50,974 nucleotides of DNA from Burkholderiales bacterium (lineage in GTDB: Bacteria; Pseudomonadota; Gammaproteobacteria; Burkholderiales; JAEUOS01), in assembly GCA_036271855.1 (NCBI GenBank), contig DATAZV010000324.1:1-50974 (forward strand), read 5' to 3'. A program made the translations under genes and the position numbers. The stretch's first letter is position 1; each line of letters begins with the position of its first letter. This document shows positions 17,352 to 26,448 of the stretch, one piece after another. The notes beneath the pieces were generated by a model. That model was not told the origin of the DNA, made no database searches, and saw nothing but the letters and a program-made list of their open reading frames with translations.

Positions 17352-18968
17352 ATGAGCGCAGTTCTCCCCGGCCACGGTCACGACGATCACGCGGACGATC
17401 ACGCCCACGGTCACGACGATCACCACCATGGCCCGCCTTCGGGCTTCATGCGCTGGGTGATGACGACCAACCACAAGGACATCGGCACCCTGTACCTGTG
17501 GTTCTCCTTCACCATGTTCCTGACCGGCGGCATGCTGGCGCTGACCATCCGCGCCGAGCTGTTCAAGCCGGGCCTGCAGATCGTCAACCCGGAATTCTTC
17601 AACCAGCTGACCACCATGCACGGCATCATCATGGTGTTCGGCGCGATCATGCCGGCCTTCGTCGGCTTCGCCAACTGGCAGATCCCGCTGATGATAGGCG
17701 CGCCCGACATGGCGTTCGCGCGCATGAACAACTGGTCGTTCTGGCTGCTGATTCCGGCCGCGCTGCTGCTGATCATTTCCTTTTTCGTGCCGGGCGGCGC
17801 CACCGCCGCCGGCTGGACCCTGTACGCACCGCTGTCGACCCAAATGGGCATCGGCATGGACATGGCGATTTTCGCCCTGCACATCATGGGCGCTTCTTCC
17901 ATCATGGGCTCGATCAACATTATCACCACCATCCTCAACATGCGCGCCCCCGGCATGACCTTGATGAAGATGCCGATGTTCTGCTGGACCTGGCTGATCA
18001 CCGCCTACCTGCTGATCGCGGTGATGCCGGTGCTGGCTGGCGCCATCACCATGACCCTGACCGACCGCCACTTCGGTACCTCGTTTTTCAACGCGGCCGG
18101 CGGCGGCGACCCGGTGATGTACCAGCACATCTTCTGGTTCTTCGGCCACCCCGAGGTGTACATCATGATCCTGCCGGCCTTCGGCATCGTCTCGCAGATC
18201 ATCCCGGCCTTCGCGCGCAAGCCGCTGTTCGGCTACGCCTCGATGGTTTACGCCACCTCGTCGATCGCGATCCTCTCGTTCATCGTCTGGGCGCACCACA
18301 TGTTCACCACCGGCATGCCGGCGGCGGGCCAGTTGTTCTTCATGTACGCGACCATGCTGATCGCCGTGCCCACGGGCGTGAAGGTGTTCAACTGGATCGC
18401 CACCATGTGGCGCGGCTCGATGACCTTCGAGACGCCGATGCTGTTTGCGGTGGGCTTCATTTTCGTGTTCACCATGGGTGGCTTCACCGGCCTGATCCTC
18501 GCCGTGACGCCGATCGACATCCAGCTGCAGGACACCTACTACGTGGTGGCGCACTTCCACTACGTGCTGGTGGCGGGCTCGCTGTTCGCGCTGTTCGCCG
18601 GCACCTACTACTGGCTGCCGAAGTGGACCGGCCACATGTACGACGAATTCCTGGGCAAGCTGCACTTCTGGTGCTCGGTGATTTTCTTCAACCTGACCTT
18701 TTTCCCGATGCACTTCCTGGGTTTGGCCGGCATGCCGCGCCGGATTCCCGACTACGCTGCCCAGTTCGCCGACTTCAACGCGGTGGCTTCGATCGGCGCT
18801 TTCTGCTTCGGCCTGTCGCAGCTGATTTTCCTGGCCGCCATCATCAAGTGCATCAAGGGTGGCGCCAAGGCGGCGGACAAGCCGTGGGAAGGTGCCGAAG
18901 GCCTGGAGTGGACGATTCCCTCGCCGGCGCCGTATCACACCTTCGAAACCCCGCCCCAGGTGAAGTGA
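17352..18968 (+). CDS. ctaD: cytochrome c oxidase subunit I
   Basis: 538 aa. [17 protein letters not shown] and [11 protein letters not shown] heme/CuB ligand motifs. Confidence 0.97.
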   Translation: MSAVLPGHGHDDHADDHAHGHDDHHHGPPSGFMRWVMTTNHKDIGTLYLWFSFTMFLTGGMLALTIRAELFKPGLQIVNPEFFNQLTTMHGIIMVFGAIMPAFVGFANWQIPLMIGAPDMAFARMNNWSFWLLIPAALLLIISFFVPGGATAAGWTLYAPLSTQMGIGMDMAIFALHIMGASSIMGSINIITTILNMRAPGMTLMKMPMFCWTWLITAYLLIAVMPVLAGAITMTLTDRHFGTSFFNAAGGGDPVMYQHIFWFFGHPEVYIMILPAFGIVSQIIPAFARKPLFGYASMVYATSSIAILSFIVWAHHMFTTGMPAAGQLFFMYATMLIAVPTGVKVFNWIATMWRGSMTFETPMLFAVGFIFVFTMGGFTGLILAVTPIDIQLQDTYYVVAHFHYVLVAGSLFALFAGTYYWLPKWTGHMYDEFLGKLHFWCSVIFFNLTFFPMHFLGLAGMPRRIPDYAAQFADFNAVASIGAFCFGLSQLIFLAAIIKCIKGGAKAADKPWEGAEGLEWTIPSPAPYHTFETPPQVK

Positions 18969-19020
18969 TTTTTCGGTGCCGTCCGCGCAGGTGCGCGGCG
19001 GCAGCGTGAGCGTGACCGCC

Positions 19021-19125
19021 ATGGAACAGAAGAACCCGCGCAGCAACCTCAAAACAGGACTGATCCTGGCTTCGGTCGCGCTGCTGTTTTTTTTGAGCGT
19101 GATCCTGCGCCGGGTCCTCGGGTGA
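19021..19125 (+). CDS. cytochrome oxidase small assembly protein (34 aa, single TM)
   Basis: Not in the supplied ORF track (too short). ATG..TGA encodes MEQKNPRSNLKTGLILASVALLFFLSVILRRVLG. It fills the coxA-ctaG gap, where Burkholderiales carry such a micro-protein. Confidence 0.6.
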   Translation: MEQKNPRSNLKTGLILASVALLFFLSVILRRVLG

Positions 19126-19132
19126 ACCGGCC

Positions 19133-19696
19133 ATGAGCGACATTGTCCAGACCGTGGAAGCGCGCGCGAACAATCGCGACACGCTGAAAAAATTGCTGGT
19201 GATCACGCTGTTGATGTTCGGTTTCGGTTTTGCGCTGGTGCCGTTTTACAAGAAGATTTGCGAAGTGACCGGGGTCAACAATCTGGACGGTTCGGACGCG
19301 CCGGCGGCCAATACGCAGGTGGATTTGACGCGCAAGGTGGCCATCGAGTTCGACGCCAACGCCAATCACCTGGCCTGGCAGTTCAAGCCGATGACCAGCG
19401 GCCTGACGATCCACCCGGGCGAATTGACCACGGTGATGTACCAGGTGACCAACACCGAGGACCATGCGGTCACCGGCCAGGCGATTCCGAGTTATGCGCC
19501 CAGGCAGGCGGCGGCCTACTTCAAGAAGCTGGAGTGCTTTTGTTTCACCCAGCAGACCCTGCAGGCGCATGAGACCAAACAGTTTCCGGTGGTGTTCGTG
19601 ATCGACCCCAAGCTCAACCAGTCGATCCAGACCATCACCCTGTCGTATACGTTTTTCGACGTAGCCGGGGCCGGCAGTGTGCGGGCACCGTCATGA
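19133..19696 (+). CDS. ctaG: cytochrome c oxidase assembly protein CtaG/Cox11
   Basis: N-terminal TM span and the copper-binding CFCF motif (KLECFCFTQQ). Confidence 0.93.
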   Translation: MSDIVQTVEARANNRDTLKKLLVITLLMFGFGFALVPFYKKICEVTGVNNLDGSDAPAANTQVDLTRKVAIEFDANANHLAWQFKPMTSGLTIHPGELTTVMYQVTNTEDHAVTGQAIPSYAPRQAAAYFKKLECFCFTQQTLQAHETKQFPVVFVIDPKLNQSIQTITLSYTFFDVAGAGSVRAPS

Positions 19697-19956
19697 GCGA
19701 GCCTGGGGAGCCCGGCGCAGTGGAGCCAGGCGGGGCTGGGAAGAATGAAGCAGGGGATGGGCCGCAGGCGAAGGCCTCTCCCTTGCAGGTGCTGCGGGCG
19801 GTGCTGTGGTCGTTCATCGGCATCCGCAAGAGTTCGGGTTATGCCGACGACGTGGCGAAGATCAGGCCGGTGCAGGTGATAGTCGCCGGGGTGTTTGTGG
19901 CGGCGCTGTTTGTCGGCAGCCTGGTGGTTCTGGTAAAGTTTTTGACTGCGAAGTAG
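19693..19956 (+). CDS. DUF2970 domain-containing membrane protein
   Basis: 87 aa. WSFIGIRKSS motif plus a C-terminal TM span. ATGA overlap with ctaG. Confidence 0.8.
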   Translation: MSEPGEPGAVEPGGAGKNEAGDGPQAKASPLQVLRAVLWSFIGIRKSSGYADDVAKIRPVQVIVAGVFVAALFVGSLVVLVKFLTAK

Positions 19957-20011
19957 GTTCGGCAAATAAGGTTACGCCATCTTTCGAAAGATGGCGCAAG
20001 GAGAGAAGTTA

Positions 20012-20875
20012 ATGAGCGCATCGCACGCACCCGGCACCCAGTCGGCCTATTTCATTCCCGCCCCTTCGTCGTGGCCGATCAAGGGCTCGTTCGCCCTGTT
20101 CTGCATGGCCATCGGCGCGGCCACCTGGTTCAACGACCTGCCGCCCGGCCCCTGGCTGGTGGTGTTCGGCTTCGCGATGCTGGTGTACATGCTGTTCGGC
20201 TGGTTCGGCACGGTGATCGGCGAGTCGGAAGGCGGTGAGTATTCGCACAAGGTCGACGTTTCCTTCCGCTGGAGCATGAGCTGGTTCATCTTCTCCGAAG
20301 TGATGTTCTTCGCCGCCTTTTTCGGCGCCCTGTTCTACGCCCGCAATATCGCCATACCGTGGCTCTCCGACCTCGACAACAAGCTGCTGTGGCCCGACTT
20401 CAGCGGCCAGTGGCCGACCGCCGGCCCCGAGGCCTTCGACAAGTTCGGCAGGATGTCGCCGTTCCCGATTCCCGCCATCAACACCCTGCTGCTGCTGACT
20501 TCCGGCGTCACCCTGACCATCGCCCACCACGCGCTGAAGGACAACAAGCGCGGCGTGCTCAACCTGTTCATGTTCTTGACCATCCTCCTGGGCGTGTGCT
20601 TCCTCGGCCTGCAGGCTTTTGAATACCACGAGGCGTATACCGAACTGGGCCTGAAGCTGACCAGCGGCATCTACGGTTCCACCTTCTTCCTGCTGACCGG
20701 CTTTCACGGCTTTCACGTGACGGTGGGCGCGATCATGCTGACGGTGGTGCTGGTGCGCTGCATGAAGGGCCACTTCAAGCCCGACCACCACTTCGCCTTC
20801 GAAGCCGCCGCCTGGTACTGGCACTTCGTCGACGTGGTGTGGCTGGGCCTGTTCATCGTGGTTTACTGGTTGTAA
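20012..20875 (+). CDS. coxC: cytochrome c oxidase subunit III
   Basis: 7-TM protein with FFLLTGFHGFHVTVG and AAWYWHFVDVVWL motifs. AAGGAGAG ribosome-binding site before the ATG at 20012. Confidence 0.95.
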   Translation: MSASHAPGTQSAYFIPAPSSWPIKGSFALFCMAIGAATWFNDLPPGPWLVVFGFAMLVYMLFGWFGTVIGESEGGEYSHKVDVSFRWSMSWFIFSEVMFFAAFFGALFYARNIAIPWLSDLDNKLLWPDFSGQWPTAGPEAFDKFGRMSPFPIPAINTLLLLTSGVTLTIAHHALKDNKRGVLNLFMFLTILLGVCFLGLQAFEYHEAYTELGLKLTSGIYGSTFFLLTGFHGFHVTVGAIMLTVVLVRCMKGHFKPDHHFAFEAAAWYWHFVDVVWLGLFIVVYWL

Positions 20876-20881
20876 GTTCGT

Positions 20882-20955
20882 CCAAAAGTACAAACCTACT
20901 TTTGGCCGGCTTGTCCAGTTTGAGAATCGACGGCAAAGCCGCCCGATTCTCAAAC
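20882..20955 (+). repeat. composite double-hairpin repeat, copy A (H1 20882-20905, H2 20918-20955)
   Basis: H1 is CCAAAAGTA-CAAACC-TACTTTTGG. H2 is GTTTGAGAATCG-N14-CGATTCTCAAAC. It starts 7 nt after the coxC stop. Confidence 0.8.
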
Positions 20956-20976
20956 CTAAAAGGCCACGAAAAAAGC

Positions 20977-21004
20977 AAAAACGCCGCTACGTAGCGGCGT
21001 TTTT
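20977..21004. terminator. bidirectional intrinsic terminator between coxC and the twin-TM gene
   Basis: Perfect 28-nt palindrome AAAAACGCCGCTAC/GTAGCGGCGTTTTT, with A and T tracts on either side. Confidence 0.7.
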
Positions 21005-21020
21005 ACTTTGGGTGCGCTCG

Positions 21021-21224
21021 CTAGAGCGGTACATGGTTGGGAACGAACCAGCCCATGTAGTAGCCAAACATCAGGAACAGGAATAAAGCCAGCGAAAGGC
21101 TGATACGTACGGTGAGGGCATTGACTGTGCGCTTGGTCTTGCCGCCGTCCTTGACCAGAAATACCAGGGCCGAACCCAGGCTGATGAGGATGGTGATGAG
21201 AATGACGATGACGATGATTTTCAT
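21021..21224 (-). CDS. twin transmembrane helix small protein (DUF2909-like)
   Basis: 67 aa, MKIIVIVILITILISLGSALVFLVKDGG...LFLFLMFGYYMGW, giving two TM helices. Typical position between coxC and surf1. It is the only sensible part of ORF 21021..21566. Confidence 0.75.
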   Translation of the reverse strand: MKIIVIVILITILISLGSALVFLVKDGGKTKRTVNALTVRISLSLALFLFLMFGYYMGWFVPNHVPL

Positions 21225-21312
21225 GGCTGCATGTCCGGTGTTATGGGGCGACCGCTTTGCCCCTGCTTTGCCCCATATTGTGCCCGCTTTCGGCTTTGCG
21301 GACTGATAGCCC

Positions 21313-22062
21313 ATGACGCTGCGCCTGCGCGCCCGCCCCAAATTCAGCCTGGTTCCGGCGCTCGCCGCCGCCGGGCTGATCGCGCTCACCATCGGCCTGG
21401 GCAACTGGCAAAGCCGGCGCGCGCTGGAAAAAGACGTGATCGAGGCGCGCCATGCGCAAACCCGCGACGCCGCCGAACTGGCCATCACCCAGGCCCCGCT
21501 GACGCCCGACGAAGTCGACGGCCGCCGGATATCCGCGCGCGGCCAGTTCGAACCCGGCATGACCATTTACTGGGACAACCAGATCGTCAATCATGTTCCG
21601 GGCTTCGCCATCATCGCCCCCTTCAAGCTGGCCGGGTCGGAGAAGCGGCTGCTGGTCGACCGCGGCCTGCTGCCCGCCACCGGCGACCGCTCGCACCTGG
21701 CGAGCGTGCCTGCGCCGGCCGGCGAAATGGTGCTGCATGGCCGTGCCTACTACGCGCCGAAGCGCACCATGGAGCTGGAGCAGGGCGTGGATCGCGGCCA
21801 GGTGTGGGAAAACCTCTCGCCGGCCAAATTCGCGCAAACCTACAAGCTCGACCTGCATGATTTCATCCTGCGCGAAACCGGCCCCGCGCCAGCGGGCCTG
21901 GCGCGCATGGCGGATAATGGCGGGCTGCCCGCGGAAACCGGCATGACCGCCGCGCGCCATCGCGGCTATGCCTTCCAGTGGTACTCGCTGGCGGCCCTCG
22001 CGGCACTGCTGTTCCTGCTGTTCACTTTTCTAGACCATGACAACGCCGCTCGAGACGCGTGA
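21313..22062 (+). CDS. SURF1 family cytochrome oxidase biogenesis protein
   Basis: N- and C-terminal TM spans, LGNWQSRRA motif and RHRGYAFQWYSLA C-terminal signature. Confidence 0.9.
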   Translation: MTLRLRARPKFSLVPALAAAGLIALTIGLGNWQSRRALEKDVIEARHAQTRDAAELAITQAPLTPDEVDGRRISARGQFEPGMTIYWDNQIVNHVPGFAIIAPFKLAGSEKRLLVDRGLLPATGDRSHLASVPAPAGEMVLHGRAYYAPKRTMELEQGVDRGQVWENLSPAKFAQTYKLDLHDFILRETGPAPAGLARMADNGGLPAETGMTAARHRGYAFQWYSLAALAALLFLLFTFLDHDNAARDA

Positions 22063-22651
22063 AGACGCTTACCGCGATGTGATCCGCGCCGGACGCATCA
22101 AGATGATCCTGATCCTGCTGGTGTGCGCGGCGCCGATCATCGCCTCCTACGTCACTTACTATTTCGTCATGCCGCAGGGCCGGGTCAACTATGGTGAACT
22201 GGTGATGCCGGTCAAGCCGGTGCCGCCCGCGCAACTGCATACCCTCGACGGCCGCCCCTACGACTTCGCCGCCCTCAAGGGCAAGTGGGTGATGCTGACG
22301 GTCGACGGCGGCGCCTGCCCCGAGGCCTGCGTCGAAAAGCTCTACAAGATGCGCCAGGTACGCGCCGTCCAGGGCAAGGACGCCGACCGCATTGAACTCG
22401 CCTGGCTGATCGACGACGAGGCGCAACTGGAAACGCGCGTCATTCGCGCCTACGACGCCACCCACATGCTGCGCGCCGCGGGCACGCCCCTGCTGGCCGC
22501 GCTGCCGCCCGCGAGTGGCGGTGCGCTACGCGACCATATCTACCTGATCGACCCGCTGGGCAACCTGGTGCTGCGCTTCCCGAAGGACGCCGTGCCGGAA
22601 AAAATGAAAAAAGACCTTGAGCGCCTGCTCAAGTATTCCGGCATCGGCTAG
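22037..22651 (+). CDS. membrane-anchored thioredoxin-fold (SCO-like) protein, putative oxidase biogenesis factor
   Basis: One N-terminal TM span, then KGKWVMLTVDGGACPEACVEKL (CxxxC in an SCO/TlpA-like context). Start uncertain: 22037 overlaps the surf1 end, and ATG 22103 is the alternative. Confidence 0.65.
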   Translation: MTTPLETREDAYRDVIRAGRIKMILILLVCAAPIIASYVTYYFVMPQGRVNYGELVMPVKPVPPAQLHTLDGRPYDFAALKGKWVMLTVDGGACPEACVEKLYKMRQVRAVQGKDADRIELAWLIDDEAQLETRVIRAYDATHMLRAAGTPLLAALPPASGGALRDHIYLIDPLGNLVLRFPKDAVPEKMKKDLERLLKYSGIG

Positions 22652-22661
22652 GGGCGGGCGC

Positions 22662-23846
22662 ATGAATCTCACCTCCTTCCTGCAACTGTGCGCCGTCGGC
22701 CTGCTGGTGGCCAGCGGCCCGCTGGCCTATGTGCTGGTCAAGGGCGACGTTTACCGCAAGCTGGTGTGGGTGCTGCTGTTCCTCACCTTCGACCTGATTT
22801 TGTTCGGCGGCTTCACCCGGCTCACCGACTCGGGCCTGGGCTGCCCGGACTGGCCCGGCTGCTACGGCCTGTCCAACCCGGTGGCCGCGCAGGCGCACAT
22901 CGCCGCCGCCGAAGCCGCCATGCCCACCGGTCCGGTGACGGTGGTCAAGGCGTGGATAGAAATGCTGCATCGCTATCTCGCCGGCGGCGTGGGCGTACTC
23001 ACCATCGCGTTGCTGATCATCACCATCGTCCATCGCGTCGCTGCCAGGCGGGCCATGCGCGCCGCGCCGCCGGTCTGGCCCGCGGCGGCCTTGCTCGCCC
23101 TGATCTGCGTGCAAGGCGCCTTCGGCGCCTGGACCGTAACCCTGAAACTGATGCCGGCGATTGTCACCACCCACCTGCTGCTGGCGATCACCTTCCTGTG
23201 TGCCATCGGCTGGCTGGCGGCGCGCCTGCAACCGGTCGATGCACCCTTGCCGTCCGTATTGGCGCGCAAATACCGGGTCTTCGCCCTCGTATGCCTGGCC
23301 GTGCTGTTCATGCAAATCGCCCTCGGCGGCTGGGTCAGCACCAACTACGCGGTGCTCGCCTGCCCCGACCTGCCGCTGTGCCACGGGCAGGTGATTCCGC
23401 AAGCCGACTTCGCCGCGGGCTTCACCTTGTGGCGGCCCCTGGGCGTGCTGCCCGACGGCACGCTGCTGCCCGCCGCCGCGCTCACCGCCATCCACTGGAC
23501 CCACCGCATGGGGGCGCTGGTGGTGTTCCTGGTGGTCGGCACCTTCGCCGGCATGTTCAGCGGCGCCTGCAAGCGCGCCGGTGCGAGCGCCAGCTACGAG
23601 CGCAAGCTCGCGCGTGTGCTCAACTGGGTGCTGCTGCTGCAACTGGCCAGTGGTATTTCCAACGTTCTCTTCGCCTGGCCGCTGGCCATCGCGGTGGCGC
23701 ACAACGGCGGCGCCGCTGCCCTGGCACTGACCCTCACCATGCTCAATTCGCGGCTCGCCATGCGTACTCATGAGCAGGCGCAAGCGCGGCCGGTGCCTGG
23801 TGCGATCGAACAGCGCCGGGTGCCGCTTTCTTCGCAGGCGGGCTAA
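22662..23846 (+). CDS. ctaA: heme A synthase COX15/CtaA
   Basis: Multi-TM protein with [21 protein letters not shown] and HRMGALVVF motifs. Confidence 0.9.
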   Translation: MNLTSFLQLCAVGLLVASGPLAYVLVKGDVYRKLVWVLLFLTFDLILFGGFTRLTDSGLGCPDWPGCYGLSNPVAAQAHIAAAEAAMPTGPVTVVKAWIEMLHRYLAGGVGVLTIALLIITIVHRVAARRAMRAAPPVWPAAALLALICVQGAFGAWTVTLKLMPAIVTTHLLLAITFLCAIGWLAARLQPVDAPLPSVLARKYRVFALVCLAVLFMQIALGGWVSTNYAVLACPDLPLCHGQVIPQADFAAGFTLWRPLGVLPDGTLLPAAALTAIHWTHRMGALVVFLVVGTFAGMFSGACKRAGASASYERKLARVLNWVLLLQLASGISNVLFAWPLAIAVAHNGGAAALALTLTMLNSRLAMRTHEQAQARPVPGAIEQRRVPLSSQAG

Positions 23847-23851
23847 CAGAG

Positions 23852-24772
23852 ATGCAACCCCGGCAACCCAGCCCCGCCAGCGAACCGGCGCCGTCCTTCG
23901 GCACCCGCGTGCGCCAATTCGCCGACCTCACCAAGCCGCGCGTCACCATGCTGGCGGTGTTTTGCGCCGTCATCGGCATGTTTTTAGCAACGCCGGGGAT
24001 GGTGCGCCCGGTGGTGCTGATCGCCGCCACCGCCGGCATCTGGATATTGGCCGGCGGCGCCTTCGCGGTGAACTGCCTGATCGAGCAGCGCATCGACGCG
24101 CAAATGGCGCGCACCCGCGGCCGGCCGATGGCGCGCGGCGAACTCAGCACGAAGCAGGCGCTGGTATTCGCGCTGCTCTTGGCGGCCATCGGCAGCGCGC
24201 TGCTCTACCTCTTCGTCAACCCGCTCACCATGTGGCTGACCATCGCCACCTTCTTCGGCTACGCCTTCATCTACACCGTGCTGCTGAAACCCACCACGCC
24301 GCAAAACATCGTCATCGGCGGGCTCTCGGGCGCGATGCCGCCGATGCTCGGCTGGGCCGCCGTTACCGGCGAAGTGAGTTCGGAGTCGGCGCTGCTGGTG
24401 CTGATCATTTTTGTCTGGACCCCGCCGCACTTCTGGGCTCTGGCGCTGTATCGGGTCGAGGACTACAAGAAGTCCGGCCTGCCGATGTTGCCGGTGACGC
24501 ACGGCTCGGAGTTCACCCGGCTGCAGATATTGCTCTACACCTTTCTGCTGACGGCGGTGACGGTACTGCCCTTCGTCATCAAAATGAGCGGCTGGCTGTA
24601 CCTCGTCAGCGCGCTGATCCTCGGCGCCGGCTTCATCCGCCACGCCTGGGGCTTGTACCGCGACTACAGCGATGCCCGCGCGCGCAAGACCTTCGCCTAT
24701 TCCCTCTGGTACCTGGCCGCGCTGTTCGCCGCGCTGCTGTTCGACCACTACCTTGTATTGTTCCTCTCATGA
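23852..24772 (+). CDS. cyoE: protoheme IX farnesyltransferase (heme O synthase)
   Basis: UbiA-family motifs [19 protein letters not shown] and [11 protein letters not shown]. Confidence 0.95.
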   Translation: MQPRQPSPASEPAPSFGTRVRQFADLTKPRVTMLAVFCAVIGMFLATPGMVRPVVLIAATAGIWILAGGAFAVNCLIEQRIDAQMARTRGRPMARGELSTKQALVFALLLAAIGSALLYLFVNPLTMWLTIATFFGYAFIYTVLLKPTTPQNIVIGGLSGAMPPMLGWAAVTGEVSSESALLVLIIFVWTPPHFWALALYRVEDYKKSGLPMLPVTHGSEFTRLQILLYTFLLTAVTVLPFVIKMSGWLYLVSALILGAGFIRHAWGLYRDYSDARARKTFAYSLWYLAALFAALLFDHYLVLFLS

Positions 24773-25374
24773 CCCGTCGCCTTCTGACTTTTCTCGCCCT
24801 AACGCTCGCCCTGCTGGCCGGCTGTACCCAGGACGGCTTCAAGGACACCGACATCACCGGCGTCGAATACGCGCGCGATTTCCACCTCACCGACCAGACC
24901 GGCCGCCCGCGCAGCCTGGCCGACTTCAAGGGCAAGGTGGTATCGATATTTTTCGGCTACACCCAGTGCCCGGACGTCTGCCCCACCACCATGGCGGACA
25001 TGCACACGGTGCTGCAAAAGCTCGGCCCCGCGGACGCGGCGAAGGTGCAGGTGCTGTTCGTCACCGTCGACCCAGAGCGCGACACCCAGGCCCTGCTATC
25101 GCAGTACGTCCCGGCGTTCGACCCCAGCTTCATCGGCCTGCGCGGCGACCTCGCGGCGACCGCGCAGACGGCGAAAGACTTCAAGGTGTTTTACGAAAAG
25201 GTGCCGGGCAAGACCCCGGGCAGCTACTCGATGAACCACACCGCCGGCTCCTACGTCTACGACCCGCAGGGGCGCCTGCGCCTGTTCGTGCAGCACACCG
25301 GGCCGAGCGACGACGCCAAGGTGTCGATCGAGCGCCAGGTGCACGACATCAAGTTGCTGCTGGCGGGGAAGTAG
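24769..25374 (+). CDS. SCO family copper chaperone lipoprotein
   Basis: Lipobox [19 protein letters not shown] (CxxxC) and a conserved distal His (MNHTAG). ATGA overlap with cyoE. Confidence 0.92.
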   Translation: MTRRLLTFLALTLALLAGCTQDGFKDTDITGVEYARDFHLTDQTGRPRSLADFKGKVVSIFFGYTQCPDVCPTTMADMHTVLQKLGPADAAKVQVLFVTVDPERDTQALLSQYVPAFDPSFIGLRGDLAATAQTAKDFKVFYEKVPGKTPGSYSMNHTAGSYVYDPQGRLRLFVQHTGPSDDAKVSIERQVHDIKLLLAGK

Positions 25375-25387
25375 GTATTTCCGTCAC

Positions 25388-25441
25388 GGCCCGAGGCCGC
25401 TTCCTTCGGGGCGTGGCCCAAGGCCGCTTCCTTCGGGGTGT
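25388..25441. repeat. 27-bp direct tandem repeat, 2 copies
   Basis: GGCCCGAGGCCGCTTCCTTCGGGGCGT followed by GGCCCAAGGCCGCTTCCTTCGGGGTGT, 25/27 identical, in the sco/ftsX convergent spacer. Confidence 0.85.
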
Positions 25442-25458
25442 TCCCGCGTAGGCGGGAA
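25441..25458. repeat. TTCCCGC-N4-GCGGGAA hairpin, copy 1
   Basis: TTCCCGC-GTAG-GCGGGAA, with a 7-bp stem. Confidence 0.8.
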
Positions 25459-25500
25459 TCCAGAACGTAAGTCCGGCGACGGTGCCGCAAGCGGCGTGGG

Positions 25501-25518
25501 TTCCCGCTTGCGCGGGAA
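25501..25518. repeat. TTCCCGC-N4-GCGGGAA hairpin, copy 2
   Basis: TTCCCGC-TTGC-GCGGGAA. The arms are identical to copy 1, 60 bp away, and the loop differs. Confidence 0.8.
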
Positions 25519-25539
25519 AAACCGGGAAGGGCGTGCGGC

Positions 25540-26448
25540 CTAGTGCGGCTCGAACTCGCGCAGGTGCCGGGTCACCGACAGCCACGCCCCCATCCAGCCA
25601 AGGATCGCGGCAAACGCCAGGATGGCGCCGAGGTCGCCCGCCGGCAAAAACTCCAGGCGAAAGTCCGAGGCATAGAGTTTGGAGAACTCGGCCACGCCGC
25701 GGTTCATGAACTGCAGCGCGGCATAGACGATCAGCCCCGCTGCGCCGCCCCCGAGCAAACCAAGCAACGCGCCGTAGTAGTAAAACGGCCGGCGGATGGT
25801 GCTGTCGGTGGCGCCCAGTAGCTTGGAGACTTCGATCTCCTCGCGCTGGGTGAGAATTTGCAGGCGGATGGTGTTGAAGGTGACCGCCAGCAGCGCGAAC
25901 GAAAGCAGGCCCGCCAGCACCAGCACGCCCATGCGCCCGAGGTCGATGGCGGCGGCCACCCGGCGCACCCAGGCGGAGTCGATTTGCACCGTTTCCACCT
26001 TGGGCCAGCTGCGGATACCGGCGGCGAGTTTTTCCAGTGCGTCGCCATCGTTGACCGAGAGGCGCACCACATAGGCGTCCGGCAGGGGGTTCTGGTTCAG
26101 CGCCACCAGCACGTCACCCATGGCCGGATTCTTTTTCAGCTCGTCCAGCGCCGCCTCGCGCGGCTTGAAATCCACCCGCGCCACCAGCGCCTCGGCCTTC
26201 AGGCGCGGGCCGATCGCGGCGACCTCGTCCTTTTTCGCGTCCAGCGCCATGAACACCGACAACTCGGGGTCGCCGGAAATGCCGCGCGCCGCCTGCTGCA
26301 GGTTCACCAGTAGCGCATAAGCGCCGGCCGGCAAGGCCAGCGCGATGCCGATCACCAGCACGTTGAGCAGGGTGGCGAAGGGCGTGCGCGCCAGGCGCGC
26401 CAGGGTGGCGCCGAACGCCATCCCATGCAAACGCAGCCAGGCCTTCAT
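25540..26448 (-). CDS. ftsX: cell division permease-like protein FtsX
   Basis: 302 aa with 4 TM spans and a periplasmic domain. ATGA-type overlap with ftsE. Confidence 0.92.
   Translation of the reverse strand: MKAWLRLHGMAFGATLARLARTPFATLLNVLVIGIALALPAGAYALLVNLQQAARGISGDPELSVFMALDAKKDEVAAIGPRLKAEALVARVDFKPREAALDELKKNPAMGDVLVALNQNPLPDAYVVRLSVNDGDALEKLAAGIRSWPKVETVQIDSAWVRRVAAAIDLGRMGVLVLAGLLSFALLAVTFNTIRLQILTQREEIEVSKLLGATDSTIRRPFYYYGALLGLLGGGAAGLIVYAALQFMNRGVAEFSKLYASDFRLEFLPAGDLGAILAFAAILGWMGAWLSVTRHLREFEPH

Noticed and set aside
17163-19052. 629-aa minus-strand ORF and the 503-aa plus-strand off-frame ORF over coxA
   Set aside because: Subunit I is unambiguous in frame 17352..18968. The others are frame artefacts with low-complexity R/H/G/P content.
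25388-25441. Possible CRISPR array
   Set aside because: There are only two directly abutting 27-bp copies with no spacers, and no cas genes in the window. It is a simple tandem duplication.
25441-25518. Calling the TTCCC-N8-GGGAA(T) hairpins Neisseria-type dRS3 elements
   Set aside because: The resemblance is a short-arm match recalled from memory. There is no evidence of homology or of associated prophage or integrase, so they are reported only as a local repeat.
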